Assembly (NCBI GenBank): GCA_030141605.1 | Contig: JAQGDQ010000769.1 | Location: forward strand, 1 to 64,000 | Direction: 5' to 3' | Source of the DNA: Tubiluchus corallicola | Lineage: Eukaryota > Animalia > Priapulida | DNA: 64,000 nt | In this document: piece by piece, positions 26,556 to 39,500 of the stretch | Position numbering within the stretch: the stretch's first letter is position 1 | Layout of the letters: each line of letters opens with the position of its first letter | Notes under the pieces: generated by a model | Database searches by the model: none | What the model saw: the letters and a program-made list of their open reading frames with translations, nothing else | What the model was told of the DNA's origin: nothing | Translations under genes and position numbers: made by a program

Positions 26556-26986
26556 TCTGCTAAAAAATGCAGCCAAGCTACAATCTAAATCTGCAGCAAC
26601 TACGATAATAGTCTTGAAAAATTGTTTATCTTAAGCTTACAAACGAGGAATTATGTAATTCGTATATGCATGCATGACGTGCTAGTTGGAGTATTGCGCG
26701 CAAATCGCACACTTGAATGAGAAACTTGAACTTGGATTTCCGCATCATTGTGACTGCACTTGGTGTCTGCAGACTAATTTTGACTGATATCCTAGTATCG
26801 CATTTGTTGGAGCATTTGCTAAAAGTATAATTTATCACTTATCTATACTTAAGGAGGACTGAAAGTATTAAGACCTACATCACAGTGTTGTTAGATATAT
26901 ACGTAAGGTTTATTTCTGCTTAGCTAGATAAAATCTGTGTCATGGCATCTAAATAAATGTAAAATACGGCAGCCATTTTAACAGAC

Positions 26987-27940
26987 ATGATGTGCAAACT
27001 ATCAATTAGAAAATTTATTCTGATTGCTACTGGCACCCTTATAAGTATTACGTTACACCAAGAGTGCAAACGGAACAGGTGCATAGAAAGATCTTGGTTT
27101 TTTGCAGACAATTTAGGAGAAGTAAAACTGTTTAAAGAAAAAGAATACGTTTTACAAGTTACTGTTGAACAACGAATCCGCAGGAAAGTTGAAATCTGTC
27201 AACAATACGGGAATTCTTACTTTTCTGAACTTTCATTACGCGAACAAATGAAACACCTTCTAGTCAATGAAAAGTATAAAATGCTGTTTTGCTGGATACC
27301 TAAAATTGCGAGCACGAATTGGAAAAGAATTCTATTTCTGGCAGATCATCCAAATGTGCAGGAGATATTGCACATAGAACAGTTAGCAGTTCATGTAAAC
27401 AAATCCTACAACAACAAATCCTTGTTGAAATACAGCATCACAGATCGTAAACGCATTATTGACACATACTACAAGATTGTATTTGTTCGACATCCACTGG
27501 ACAGACTTTACTCTGCTTTCTATGACAAGTTTGTTATTGGAGATCCAAACTTTAAATCAGTTCGCGAAGCCATTATAACACAGCGTCAAGGAAACATGAC
27601 TAACCAGAACATAACTTTTGAAGAATTTCTTGCATATGTTTTAAAAACGAAGGGCAAACGTGCGAATCAGCACTGGCAGACGTATGTGAACTTGTGTGAT
27701 CCTTGCAGGATTAATTATGATTTCATTGGTAAATACGAGACTATGAAGGAAGATATGCAACTATTGAAGAAGTTGTTCAAATTTACTGAAATTGATTTAT
27801 TCCCAAAGAAATACGAAACTGCAAAACGTAAAAAAAACTTTTCCTTTTACTATAGAACTTTGGCTCCAGTCATTCGTGCAAGTTTGCATAATCTATACCA
27901 ACCTGATTTTGAGCTGTTTGTTTATCAGGCAGGTCTGTAA
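26987..27940 (+). CDS. Carbohydrate sulfotransferase, HNK-1ST/CHST8-14 family (Sulfotransfer_2), type II membrane
   Basis: 317 aa. Anchor FILIATGTLISITL. 5'-PSB CWIPKIASTNWKRI, 3'-PB FVRHPLDRLYSAFYDKF, and HW..LCDPCRINYDFIGKYET. Candidate acceptor TTTTAACAG 2 nt before the ATG. Confidence 0.93.
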   Translation: MMCKLSIRKFILIATGTLISITLHQECKRNRCIERSWFFADNLGEVKLFKEKEYVLQVTVEQRIRRKVEICQQYGNSYFSELSLREQMKHLLVNEKYKMLFCWIPKIASTNWKRILFLADHPNVQEILHIEQLAVHVNKSYNNKSLLKYSITDRKRIIDTYYKIVFVRHPLDRLYSAFYDKFVIGDPNFKSVREAIITQRQGNMTNQNITFEEFLAYVLKTKGKRANQHWQTYVNLCDPCRINYDFIGKYETMKEDMQLLKKLFKFTEIDLFPKKYETAKRKKNFSFYYRTLAPVIRASLHNLYQPDFELFVYQAGL

Positions 27941-29099
27941 CTAATATTATTAAAACAATAGTATTATATTTTTTATTTCCAGCTAGCGGCACCATTGTTT
28001 GACATACAATGCTTTAAATAGCCTGTTAGTGAGTGTTTTGAAAATGATGTGTGCGTCCTCTCTCGGAGTCTATAATAGTATTAATAAAGATGTTTTTAAT
28101 TACTACACAACACTGTTTTGCTTTTAAATATTGACGATTTAAAATTCAAAATCAGAAGTTGCATCATCAGGCCCGTGCCACACGGCGCTATACATAATCC
28201 ATAAGGCGTAAGGCATGAGGAGAAAAAGCCGCCTCGTGAAAAATGAGCATATACTACCCAATACTCTCTGTCACACAGATCTGAATTTAGCCATCAATTT
28301 CACTTGTCGCAAGGTGTGTTTGGTCGTCGCTAAAGCGATAATTAGCGTATTTGCGATTTTTACGGTACACAATGCACTTATATCGTAACAGAAGAAAATA
28401 ACAAAACTTTTTAGATTTACAAAAAATCTATTAGCTATTAGAAAATTATTGACTTTATTGTAATTTACATAATGAAACATTTTTAATGAATTTTAATGAA
28501 CACAATTTTTAATGTTATTATGTAATGAGCAAAATTACTTAAATCTAGATGAACACAATTGCAATTAAAACAAATGTTTTGCAGCCCATGTGTTCTGCAC
28601 AATTATATTAGAAGCAGGTAAAATTGAAACAATCTCTTTGAACAGTAAATTTGTAGGCTACAAAGCTTTTACTATAAACCTATAACAGTACAAGCATTAT
28701 TTGTAGATGCGGTTTCAGTTAACTGTACTAAGGTCCCAATCAGTAATGCATATCTTAACAGTAAATTTTATTGGCATGCTTGATATTTTTGCACAAGTCA
28801 GAATTACCGCAGTCATCTTTTTCATTTTAAAATTAACTATTTTGTTTAATTACAATTAACAGCATTTCTTCCCCTAGCTGTTACTTGTCAAACCTGGTGC
28901 TATACATCAGAGTCAAAAGCCCTTAAAATTAATGGAGGAACATTCTAGTCCAGTTGCACAATTTTTCATTATCTTTCTTGGTACTTCGCAATGTTATTAT
29001 GAAATACGATCTACCTTCACATTACCCATTGCAGTAAAAGGGTCTAGCGCAATGATTCTGCTTAATTCTTTTGATGTCGCATTATGGTAATTATTATTA

Positions 29100-30368
29100 T
29101 TATTATTACCAGAGGAATACTTTTTCGTGTTAGGAAAAAACAAAAAATGTATGTCACGTTATTTAAATCTAATGATGTGCATAAGCAAAATAAATATAAA
29201 ACATATGCCAATATCCTGAATAAATTAAAAAATAAAAGCAAAGAACAATACTATATTAAGAAATTTCAGTCAGCTAATAAAGATATTAAATCAATGTGTA
29301 AAATAGTAAATGAACTAGTAAAACTAAAAGCCCAAAAGAATTGTCCTACTATATTAGTTATTAATAATGAGCAAATAACCCAACCCCAGCTAATTTAATA
29401 AGTTTTTTGTTGAAGTTGGATCAACATTGGCCCAAAATATTCCAAATGTCAATAAGCATCATCTTTCGTATTTAACTGGTAATCTCGCTAATGAATTTAG
29501 ATTTGAACCTACTAATGAAGTAGAAGTGCTCTCATTATTAACAGGACTTAAGGGTAACAAAGCCCCTGGTGCAGATGGTGTCAGTAATTTTTTTGTTAAA
29601 ATTGCCAGTTCCGTCCTTTCCAAGCCATTAGCTTTAATGTATAATCAATCATTTAATACTGGTATTTTTTCTGAACAGTTTAAACTCACTGAAGTAATTC
29701 CTGTTAAAATCGCATTTAATCAACTGTCCTCTTTTCATATACAAAACAAAGTTTTATATGACTATCAATTCGGTTTTCGAAAGTCGCATTCAACAGCATT
29801 AGCATTAATTGAAATAACTAATAAAGTGAAAGGTATATATGACATGTACCGTCTTCATTTCATGTATCAATATCATAATTCACTATTTCCACCAGCTTTT
29901 CAGTCATACTTTAGCCCAGGTTCAAATCAACATGATCATTACACAAGATATCCAGTCTGAAACTATGTACTCCCTCTTCCAAAAACAAATATAATGAAAC
30001 AGTCATCAAAATATAAAGCTATTAAAATATGGTCATCAATTCCGCGTGAAATGAAAACTCTTAATCTTTATCAATTTAAAAAAGCATCAAAAGAATTACC
30101 TACTACAACGGTATAATTAACTCACAATTTTACTCATCCTGATCTTAAGTTACTAACATTTTGTTCTAATATAAATTATGACTGATGAAAATACTATGTA
30201 ATGTAAATTGCCAATTGTTCCACTTATCTGGAGGAGGACTTGAAAGCTCAATGCTCCTTCCTCCTCCTCACAGTAACTCGTTTAGTTTATAATTTTTTTC
30301 AATGTAAAAACAATGTGTATGTATGTTTGTGTTCCTGTGGAATAAATTTATAATTCATAATTCATAAA
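29100..30368 (+). mobile_element. Internally deleted CR1/L2-group LINE (ORF2 fragments plus 3' UTR)
   Basis: Reads KAPGADGVSNFFVKIASSVLSKPLALMYNQSFNTGIF...EVIPV and QFGFRKSHSTALALIEI; RT core missing. Ends AATAAA followed by (ATTCATA)-type repeats. Confidence 0.85.
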
Positions 30369-31829
30369 AATACAACCTTATCCAAGTTGGGCGTTTTTTA
30401 TCTCATTTTGAATCAGGTAAACTAATAAATTCGGTAATAAATTTCTGATTCACAAATCCTGCCAAAAAACAGATTATGGCATACCACAGATTACTGGAAA
30501 TGTAAGACGCCCTATGGCTTACGGATTTTGTATTATAGCTTGCTCCTTAGGCCTTTCTCTGTGTGACACTGCTGATAAGGACCTTATGCAGTCCCACTCC
30601 ATTATATGCATGGTGGCTCTCCATTATACTTGACAGAGCAAAAAAGTTCACACTAGGATATTTCCTTCTAATTTCAGTAGTTAAGTTGCAGTTCATTAAC
30701 ACGTTTTTCTGTTTGTATCTTCCGCATCTACATAGCCTTTGGTTTCTATCTTCGCCATCCTATCTACTGACCTCAGTTCTTAAGTGATGTGCTTAAAATG
30801 CAACTTCACTGAATCATTGTGTCACATTTTGAACTCTTGTAAAATTTTCGTAATTTTGTAAAAAAGCACGAGTAATAATTTTCAACAAAACCAAGGTTCG
30901 GTTGCATAACAAACTGAAACAATGCTTAATCATTACTAGTTTGAAAATATTTCGTTGTGTCCATCAATGTAAAAATGTGAGTAAACACTCCTGGGGTAAT
31001 TTTTTACCCCGCCTTTGTAGGGTAAGGTTTAGTTGGTAGAGTTAAGGAGGTTGGGTATAATTCTTTCGTGCGCAAAGTAATTTAAGGAATTCAAACTTAA
31101 CCCACATAGTATATTACCTACTAACAAACCAGTGATAATTGGCAGAGTGCCCACATACTGCCACAAACTTAAATAAAAAATTGAGTTTGTCATATTCTGG
31201 CAATTTTAGTATTTACAATTGTACTCAGTAAACTCAAAATACGTAGGGAGTTTCCTCAAGGGTATTTCAGCAAAGTTCAATATCAGATGAGTATATCTAA
31301 ATAATTATTTCTCACTTAACGAGGGGAAAGAAAATATATAAGCACCAGTATATGTTTATATATACATGAAAATAATTATCTATCATATTGCCGTTGTTCT
31401 TCTATCCATTTACCGACAGTGTGACATAACACATGTATCATACATGTGCAAAGACTTTTATCAGTCCAGATTTCAAAACTATGAAAAATTTAAATATAGG
31501 ATCGTGCGTTACACATTTTTCTGTAGGGCCGTTAATACACATACAATAATGCTAGGATTGGGGCAAAAATGTTGTATTGTACAGCCATACTAATGTCTGA
31601 ACGTAATTTTTTGCTGTACCTGGTATATCCGTATCGCAGTATTACAAGGCATAGAACTAAATTAAAGATTTACTAGTTAGTGGATAGTTTTATTACTTAT
31701 TCAAAGATAATATTATAAACTAAAATGTACTAATTTTTCACAGATCAGAACAGTGATGACGTGAATGGAAAAAATTTTACTCATAACTCGTTGCAGGAGT
31801 TCGACCCATTTCTATCCGATGCATTTGTA

Positions 31830-32200
31830 GCTATTTCTTCTATTTCAGCCGTTGATTTAATTTCAATTGGGGCACAACTGACACTAGTCTTCAAGAATAT
31901 TCGGCCTTGGTTAGTCCATACAGCGTCATAGTCTCTCTCCTTCGGTAGGGCTAAACATCGATTGAATAATGCTTTATGAGCTTTCGTAAGGCATTAGTTA
32001 ATGATGGTGGGTGATTTCGATTCAAAACCAAGTATATCAGTAGTGGGACAGCTCTTCTTGTTTTAAAACAATGCATCCCTGACAGATTTCCTGCAGAATT
32101 TGATTATAATAGGCGGAGTTCTTGATTTAGCAGGGATATAATGACTAATGGAAATGTTGTGCTGCATAGAGCGACCGCCGTGACAACAAAAAGTCTTGTC
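31830..32200 (-). mobile_element. LINE ORF1 C-terminal remnant
   Basis: Minus strand reads RTPPIIIKFCRKSVRDALF...IIN*CLTKAHKALF...AVWTNQGRIFLK, typical of CR1/L2-group ORF1, with stops. Confidence 0.65.
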
Positions 32201-32726
32201 CAGGAAGGAAAGATCCGTACTAGGTTAACAAACAAATACTCCACTATTAAAAAGATCTTTAATAGCCACCTAACATCTGGAGCTGCCACAAGCTCTTCAT
32301 TTTTCATATGCTCATCAATATTATGTAACACAATAGTATCAAATTCTATAAACATCCCTTTATTATAACGTGTTAAAGTTTCGAATATGTAATCTCTACT
32401 TCAGGGGCACTGCTGGAGGAGGACTGCGCTGCAGAATAACTAAAGCGAACAACAACATTAAAACAACTAATCAATGTAAACTAGCTATAATAGGCTTAAG
32501 AAGAAGCTTTCAATAACATAATAACCCTTAGAACGGTGAGGTAAACATTTGAACAAGTGTTTGAAATCGCTTTCCAGCTTTCACCACAGAGCTCATTCAC
32601 TAATTTCTCACTTATTATTTAGTGGGAAATATTAATCTCAGTTCATAATTATTTTGGTTCTTGCCTGTCCAGTAGTTAACTTTAAGCAGCAAGGTGGAAG
32701 TAAAGCCGTACTCTACGTTTACCCCA

Positions 32727-32925
32727 AGTTGGCTTCTTTAGGAGGCTATCAATAATTCCGACTTGCAGCAATGAAAACCAGGTGAGTGTACGTGCGACCT
32801 TGAAGCCTCGCAGTGGCGGCCCGTGTCCCGAGTTGGCTTCTTTAGGAGGCTGTCAATAATTCCAACTTGAAGCAAGATAAACCAGCTGAGTGTAAGTGCG
32901 GCCTTGAAGCTTCGCAATGGCGGCC
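32727..32925. repeat. Two-copy ~104-bp tandem duplication
   Basis: AGTTGGCTTCTTTAGGAGGCT...GGCGGCC starts at both 32727 and 32831. Confidence 0.85.
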
Positions 32926-35057
32926 GTTTTATAGCATTCATAACCCACTTCTCATGTAGATATTTTGCCGATAAATAAATGTTAGTGTCTCTGAGAGGCA
33001 TTTATGACAAATCTTCAAAAGTCTCAGTTGAATTTTCATATAAACAACTGATCTTTATTTCTGCAATATTTAAAAATTAAAATACATTAATTAAAATACT
33101 TTAATTAAAATAAATTAATTAAAAAGTAAAATCGACATAAGCTAATTTTATGAAAAGTTGCATAGTTTATTTATTCACAGTTAATCAATCAAAAATATCA
33201 ATGAATAAATCAAAATAAAAGTTAAATAGAAATAAATTTACACCTTTGCGGTTTATATCTAATGAAACATTGCGCTAATTTAGATCTTTCACGTACTCTA
33301 CAGAACAGTGTAATAACGACAAAAACGCCAATGCCAAAATTTAAAAGTTTGCAGCTAGACGGAGACACCTTGGCTGCGAAATTAAAATTCATTAAGCGAG
33401 GTTCACACTGGCCTTAATAGGTGTAATATGCCAGCTTAGCCGCTTTTTCTATATGATTCCAGTCCCACCATAGAATCTTCCAATAAGTATTTCATCATTG
33501 TTCATTCCGCTTGAGCCAGTAAATTCATAATCATCACTACAGAAATTTAGATTTGATAGTTCATTATTGTGAAGCCAGTGTTCCTGCACAGGCATATGTC
33601 GGCATTTAAGTCTTTAAAACATACATCCTTGATAAATTTGTGTTTATTAGAAGAAAGACCTGCGCATTTGCAGGACATTAGAGAAATTTTATTTTTTATT
33701 AAATTGTCCTAGGTAATTACGTTTTGGTTTTATTCGTGCGTGGGAGCCAGTATCCTGCGCATCCTAATTTTACATTTAAAATTGATAATACTGGTGGCAG
33801 ATTTTGCAAAACCCCAAATTGCATACCACTTGACACAAAAGAGAAGCTTAATGTTTTTCAAAATTTTGAGCCTTACACACAAAAATCATTTTAATCTTGT
33901 CTGGAATTTAATATTTTAAAAGCGCCGAAAATAATTATCCTCGCTTTTGAAATTTATAATCTTTGCCGCAAACGCTAAATTCAACGCCAAATTGCAGACA
34001 ACCTGAGACGAGCTCTCTGCACACAAAGGAGAAGAATAATTATAAATCTTTCGAAGTGTTTACCATAGTGGCAGGTTATATCCTGCATACAAAAGCAACT
34101 TTAATCCTTAATAATTTTGTCTGAAAATTGATAAAGATTTATACGCCGACAATAATAATGTCGTCTGTCGTAAGTAAATGAGTCATTCAAATTTTCAACA
34201 TTCCTGATTTATGAAATTTGGAAAGCAAAGAGCTAACATGCAATTAAATTAGTTAAGAACGAAAAAGTTTCACAGTACTCTTCGTTTTCAGTCCTTTTTT
34301 GTCAACTAATGGATAAATATTTAGTTCTACACTTACACAGCAACTCAGTCTAGCAGCGAATGTTGAGATGTAATTTTTGTTGTACCATCTTGCACGTTCA
34401 CAGAATGTAACAGCAGCGAGTGCTGTTCAGTGCATGTGAGAAGTACTCTGAACATACTTGACGCTGTTATGCTCTTGAATGTAATAGGGATTTTGAGTAG
34501 TTTTTTTTAATTTGGAACAATTTCACAGTTGGATTTCTCACTAAGAGGGTCTGTTTCGTGTTTATCATTAATAAAGATCCTGTTTGTCCCGCTATACATA
34601 CTTTAAAATAAAAAGCAAACATAGAGTTAAAATAACAAAATACTTTTACGACGTGATAATGAAAGAATGAATTTAATGGTAAAGGGTGAACGATAAAACA
34701 ACCTCACATTACTGTCAGTGCAACGTTACATTACAGCGTCGAAATTACTTCATTATTTTAATCTGCTTGCCCGTACTTTACATTGGTCACATCTAATCTA
34801 TAGCATAGTATCCCTTTTCCCAAAACTGACGTGTAGAAGTTAGATTCTATACTTGTAGACCAGTTACATGATTTAAAAGCTATTTACGCTTGCTTAATTT
34901 CAGTTAATAAAGTTAACAGCGTGTTAAAACCTTCTGTTATGTAAACGCTTTCATCTTATCAATATCTTTGCTGCTAAACACTAAGTCTGTAACAAACCTA
35001 ATTCTGCTGTATTCTTCCTAAGATTATGTGCTCGTCCTTTCAGAAAACCGTAAGTCT

Positions 35058-36101
35058 CTAACCGTGGTCTTTTACTGTATCCCATCCAAGCTTAATTGGA
35101 TTTTCTGGTAAATTCGCTAAAGAGACATTCCACACTAACAGAGGTTCAAAATCACATTCACCAACAGCTTCTTTAGCACCTCTTTGGTAATTCATTCCCA
35201 CTTCTCTTTTGTTACAAGCTAATGTTTTGTTATCAGGTAAATTAGCGTACAGTGTATACAAGTTGTTTACTGCAAAATAATACATTATATAGGATGAAGG
35301 CATCGAACCCATCTTTAAATGACGTTTTCGTATCCAGGCATTCGTGATTAATCTTTGTCCTGGAATTATCGGAATAAAATTTTCATCTTTCATCACATCA
35401 AACACCCAATTGCGAAACTGATGCCATATTTCTGGAATTGGTGCAAATCCCCAAGTGCCTATCTGATGATATAGAAACACGCCTGCACTATAGCATTCTT
35501 CACACAGAGGATTTCTGTGTTTTCCTGTTGTTGAAATCAAAGTTCCTCTCTGCAGTGTTATGCCTCCAATCTCAGATTTTTGATAATATTTTAACAATGC
35601 AGCTTTAAGCCATGTATAATAGTGAGGAGAAACTTCCAGATCATCTTCCAAAATCAGCCCGAAGTCTCCCTTTCTTGCAGATGGTTTCCAACAATCATAC
35701 CATTGCAAGTATGGTCCATAATGTACAGGGTGGACAATAACTTCCTTTCTACCGAAAACCCATATAAATGAGTTTATGACGTCAAGTGTAGTCGCTGATA
35801 TTGAACTGTCATTAGCACTTCTGTCTACACAAATCTTTAGCCCAACTTCATCCTCATTATAGTGACTTGAATTAAGTGACTTTAGAAGCCTCAATAATGA
35901 CTTTGGCCTTTTGTAAGTCAATACAACGATTTCCAACTTAAATGGATCATTTTCTTTCTTCCCCTTATTAAGCTTAGATGATCTCAAATTCAAAATTCCG
36001 CAATGAAACAATGCAAACATACAAAAGCACACAAATGTGGCTAATCTTTGCTTCTTATTGCAAACTGATGCTTTTCTGCGCATTATTATTTTGTAAGTCA
36101 T
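35058..36101 (-). CDS. GT-A-fold (GT2-like) glycosyltransferase, type II membrane
   Basis: First ATG at 36101, after candidate acceptor TTTTAG at ~36138. TM LATFVCFCMFALFHCGIL. Motifs IVVLTYKRPKSLLRLLKSL, LKICVD, and the metal-binding LILEDDLEVSPHYYTWL. Donor and acceptor sugars unknown. Confidence 0.85.
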   Translation of the reverse strand: MTYKIIMRRKASVCNKKQRLATFVCFCMFALFHCGILNLRSSKLNKGKKENDPFKLEIVVLTYKRPKSLLRLLKSLNSSHYNEDEVGLKICVDRSANDSSISATTLDVINSFIWVFGRKEVIVHPVHYGPYLQWYDCWKPSARKGDFGLILEDDLEVSPHYYTWLKAALLKYYQKSEIGGITLQRGTLISTTGKHRNPLCEECYSAGVFLYHQIGTWGFAPIPEIWHQFRNWVFDVMKDENFIPIIPGQRLITNAWIRKRHLKMGSMPSSYIMYYFAVNNLYTLYANLPDNKTLACNKREVGMNYQRGAKEAVGECDFEPLLVWNVSLANLPENPIKLGWDTVKDHG

Positions 36102-36549
36102 TCTAGATGTTAAAAAAAAACTTGCTCTTCGCAAGTTCTAAAATTGGGTGTGCTTTTCGGAATATGCTTACTAAATAAATCCTTCGCTTTAAGGTTTCCG
36201 CAACTAATGTGCTACTAGACGTATCGCACTGGAGTAGAGAAAGAGTATTCTGCATCGAGTAGAGAAATATCGTACTGTGTTAAGTAGTTTTTGTCTTTGT
36301 TATTAGTTAAAATCCCTGAAATAATCATAATTTTGTAGATAACAAAGTTGCATTGTGAGATCATTGAGTTGATGATTATGATGATGGTACTGATGATGAA
36401 GTGACACAGAAGCTCACATTTAATATGATTTTTTACGAAGTAAAACTTTAGCAGATATGTGTGCACATTTGACTGTTTTCATGTTGGCCATAATACCTTA
36501 CGTCACATTTTAAGCTTGAAAGTTACGTCAGATATTTGACATTGTGAAA

Positions 36550-38572
36550 TGTAAAGTGGTGTCTTTTTCCTTTTTTTCTTGCTTACTCAGTTTGTTTGTC
36601 AGTAGAATAAAAGCATTAAAATGTTAATTGATCTTTCAGTAAGCTTTGTATTCAGAAACAGGTACACATAAACCACAAGGAAAACTCCGCATTTCAAAAG
36701 CATTAGTATCAGTCTCGCAACGTTACCAAAGTTAAGTGCGCTTCATACTCATATTGCATAAGTTACTAATTACTATCACCCACAAGGAACGCCGTCATTA
36801 CAAAGATGACGTCACAGCTGCTCCTGGCCTTCAACCTAAACCCGAAATTCTTGTACAAATGGCCAGTTTCTTATTAGTACATAATACATTTTATGGCTTG
36901 CAAGATATATATAATTATTTGATTTTGTGAAATGGATTGAGGCGTACATATGTCACAACTTAATTGGTCACTTACAACACACTTCTAATCGCAACACCAA
37001 ATGAAAGCCCACATATAAGTTCCTATTCGTCCGTAGCAGTAGCCTTAAATTATTTATCTGTGAACGTTTTCGAGTCATAAGCCTCTAGAGTGCAGGATCA
37101 CCTCTTGAGCTTTTTGTGATCCGGGACAGAGAAATTTACAAGATTTTGTAAAAATGTCCAAAACGCAGCCAAGATGGCCTAAAGAATCATGCCTGAAAGT
37201 TTGCCAGCTGTATCAAAATTAAGCCTTAGATTCAGATTTAATAATTATAGTTAACACTTCAACTATACTGTGAAGGCATTTCACAATATAGTTGAAGTGT
37301 TAGTAATTAAACATTCCTGCCCGTCAATCTCCAATATCCAAATTCCAACTTTACAAAGTCCAAAGTCTACTTTAGCCAAAATTTTTTGCTCATTTTTGAA
37401 TACGTGTTGGAATACCTGATGTGGATTATGTAAAGACGATAAGTATTACTCATTAAATAAACTGGGGAATATTTAAGCTAACAAAACAAAAAAGATATAT
37501 TAAAATGTCGGATGCTGGCATATTTTTGGCCAAGATCAAATGGGATGAGTCACATTCTACCAACAGTGGGCTACAGTTGTCCAACTAGAATGATGCAATA
37601 GATACTATTTTGATAATCACTATGGTTATTTAAGCTGTACTACAGTAAGCTGTGTGATGCGGTAATGTGGTGGAACTTGTTTAATCAGGTTTTTGGGTGT
37701 GGTTTGACAAGAGTAGTAGGCCTACACTGTAATAGACAAAAACTTACAGCAAGAAAAGAAACTAGCCTGGCAGAAATAAACTTGGTCAAAGTAATCATGT
37801 TTAGGGACTATCCATTGGATACTTTTCAGAGTACTACGCCATGATGTGCCATTTTGAATTTTTGTACTACTATGCAGCGGACAACAATTGTCTGAAATGG
37901 AATTCTGGATATTATTAATCATTTAACTATTACTGTTTGTTAAAATGTATTGCCAATGTGATATACTTGAATAAAATAAAGTCGTGTAAAATAACTGGTT
38001 TTCGTGGTAGACTTAACGATACAAGCCTTTAACTTTTCAATTAGTCTTGAGGTAGTTGTTAAATTATTGTTACACCGTTTTACCAAGAATGGGTATATAT
38101 ACGCTTGCTCAAGGAATTTCATGTGATACAGTATTTATACCTGTTCTCCGACTAAATGAATGAATAACAGTAACATATAAAAATTCACATATTCGTGTAT
38201 GAAAAAATGAAATACTTGTTTTACTATTGTAATAAAGATTGTTTTAACACTGTTTAACGGTGCTGCTGTAACGACCCAGTACAAAAAATTAGTTGACATT
38301 CCTGGGTCTGCTGGTTAGTTTGTTTATATTTCTTTCAATATTGCCTTGGTGAGACTTAACTTACTTTATTATTATTCCTATTTGTAATGCTTTGAATTAT
38401 GATGTAACATTTAGCTGTTTCTCTTCTGCTAGTTTAAGCACATTTAAATTAGGTACCTGGGATGGGCCTGACCTTCACATCATTGTTTGAACTTCAGTCA
38501 CAGCCTAGTTTTACCTATGCGTGTTTTACCTGTGTGACTATATAGTTGTCGACCTAGTTTTACTGCTGGATG
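36550..38572. repeat. Long inverted repeat, left arm (~2.0 kb)
   Basis: Reverse complement of 42678-44720. Mirrored ORFs: 36736+/44343-, 37722-/43343+, 37940-/43143+. Confidence 0.95.
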
Positions 38573-38579
38573 AATGATT

Positions 38580-39500
38580 AGCCATTTGCTGCTAAAATAC
38601 TTGAAAAAATCGCATTTAATCAACTGTCCTCTTTTCATATACAAAACAAAGTTTTATAAGACTATCAATTCGGTTTTCGAAAGTCGCATTCAACAGCATT
38701 AGCATTAATTGAAATAACTAATAAAGTGAAAGGTATATATGACATGTATCGTCTTCATTTCATGTATCAATATCATAATTCACTATTTCCACCAGCTTTT
38801 CAGTCATACTTTAGCCCAGGTTCAAATCAACATGATCATTACACAAGGTATCCAGTCTGAAACTATGTACTGCCTCTTCCAAAACAAATTTAAAGAAACG
38901 TCATCAAAACAAAATGCTATTAAAATATGGTCATCAATTCCGCGTGAAATGGAATCTCTTAATCTTTATCAATTTCAAAAAGCATCAAAGAATTACTTAC
39001 TACAAAGGTATAATTAGCTAAAAATTTTACTAATCCTGATCTTTAATTACTGACAAAAATTATTTTTTTCTAATGTACGCTATAACTGATGAAAATACTA
39101 CGTGTAACAGATTTTTGCTTACAAATTCGTGCACGTGTCGCCATCTGTGGCGGGAATGTAAAGCTTATAGTTTTGGCCAGTTTTTCTGTTTTTTACCTGT
39201 TAGTCACCTGTGCTCTGAACAGTCGGGTTAATCCACTTTAGAGTATATTTGGGACATTTATGTGCTTATTTTGTTACAATGAAGCTTTCAGTGGTATTAA
39301 CCTCTGTTGAAAAGTTTCTGTAATTACACGAGGGATATGTTAATTGATAATTGCTTCACTTATCTGGTGGAGGACTCCAAAGGTTAATGCTACTTCCTCC
39401 TCCTCACAGTGACTCGTTTATTTATATTTTATAATGTAACAATTATTTGTATGTATGTTATATGTACGATTTGCTGTGAAATAAATTCATAATTCATAAA
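38580..39500 (+). mobile_element. Second copy of the internally deleted LINE at 29100-30368
   Basis: Near-identical to 29706-30368 from AAAATCGCATTTAATCAACTG onward, with the same RT-core deletion and tail. Extra ~230-bp insert at ~39103-39335. Confidence 0.85.

Noticed and set aside
28190-30535. Weak ~25-bp inverted repeat bracketing the LINE
   Set aside because: Several mismatches and no TSD; may be chance or a very old element.
36736-38122. Short ORFs conserved in both inverted-repeat arms
   Set aside because: Conservation reflects recent DNA duplication only; no recognisable domains.
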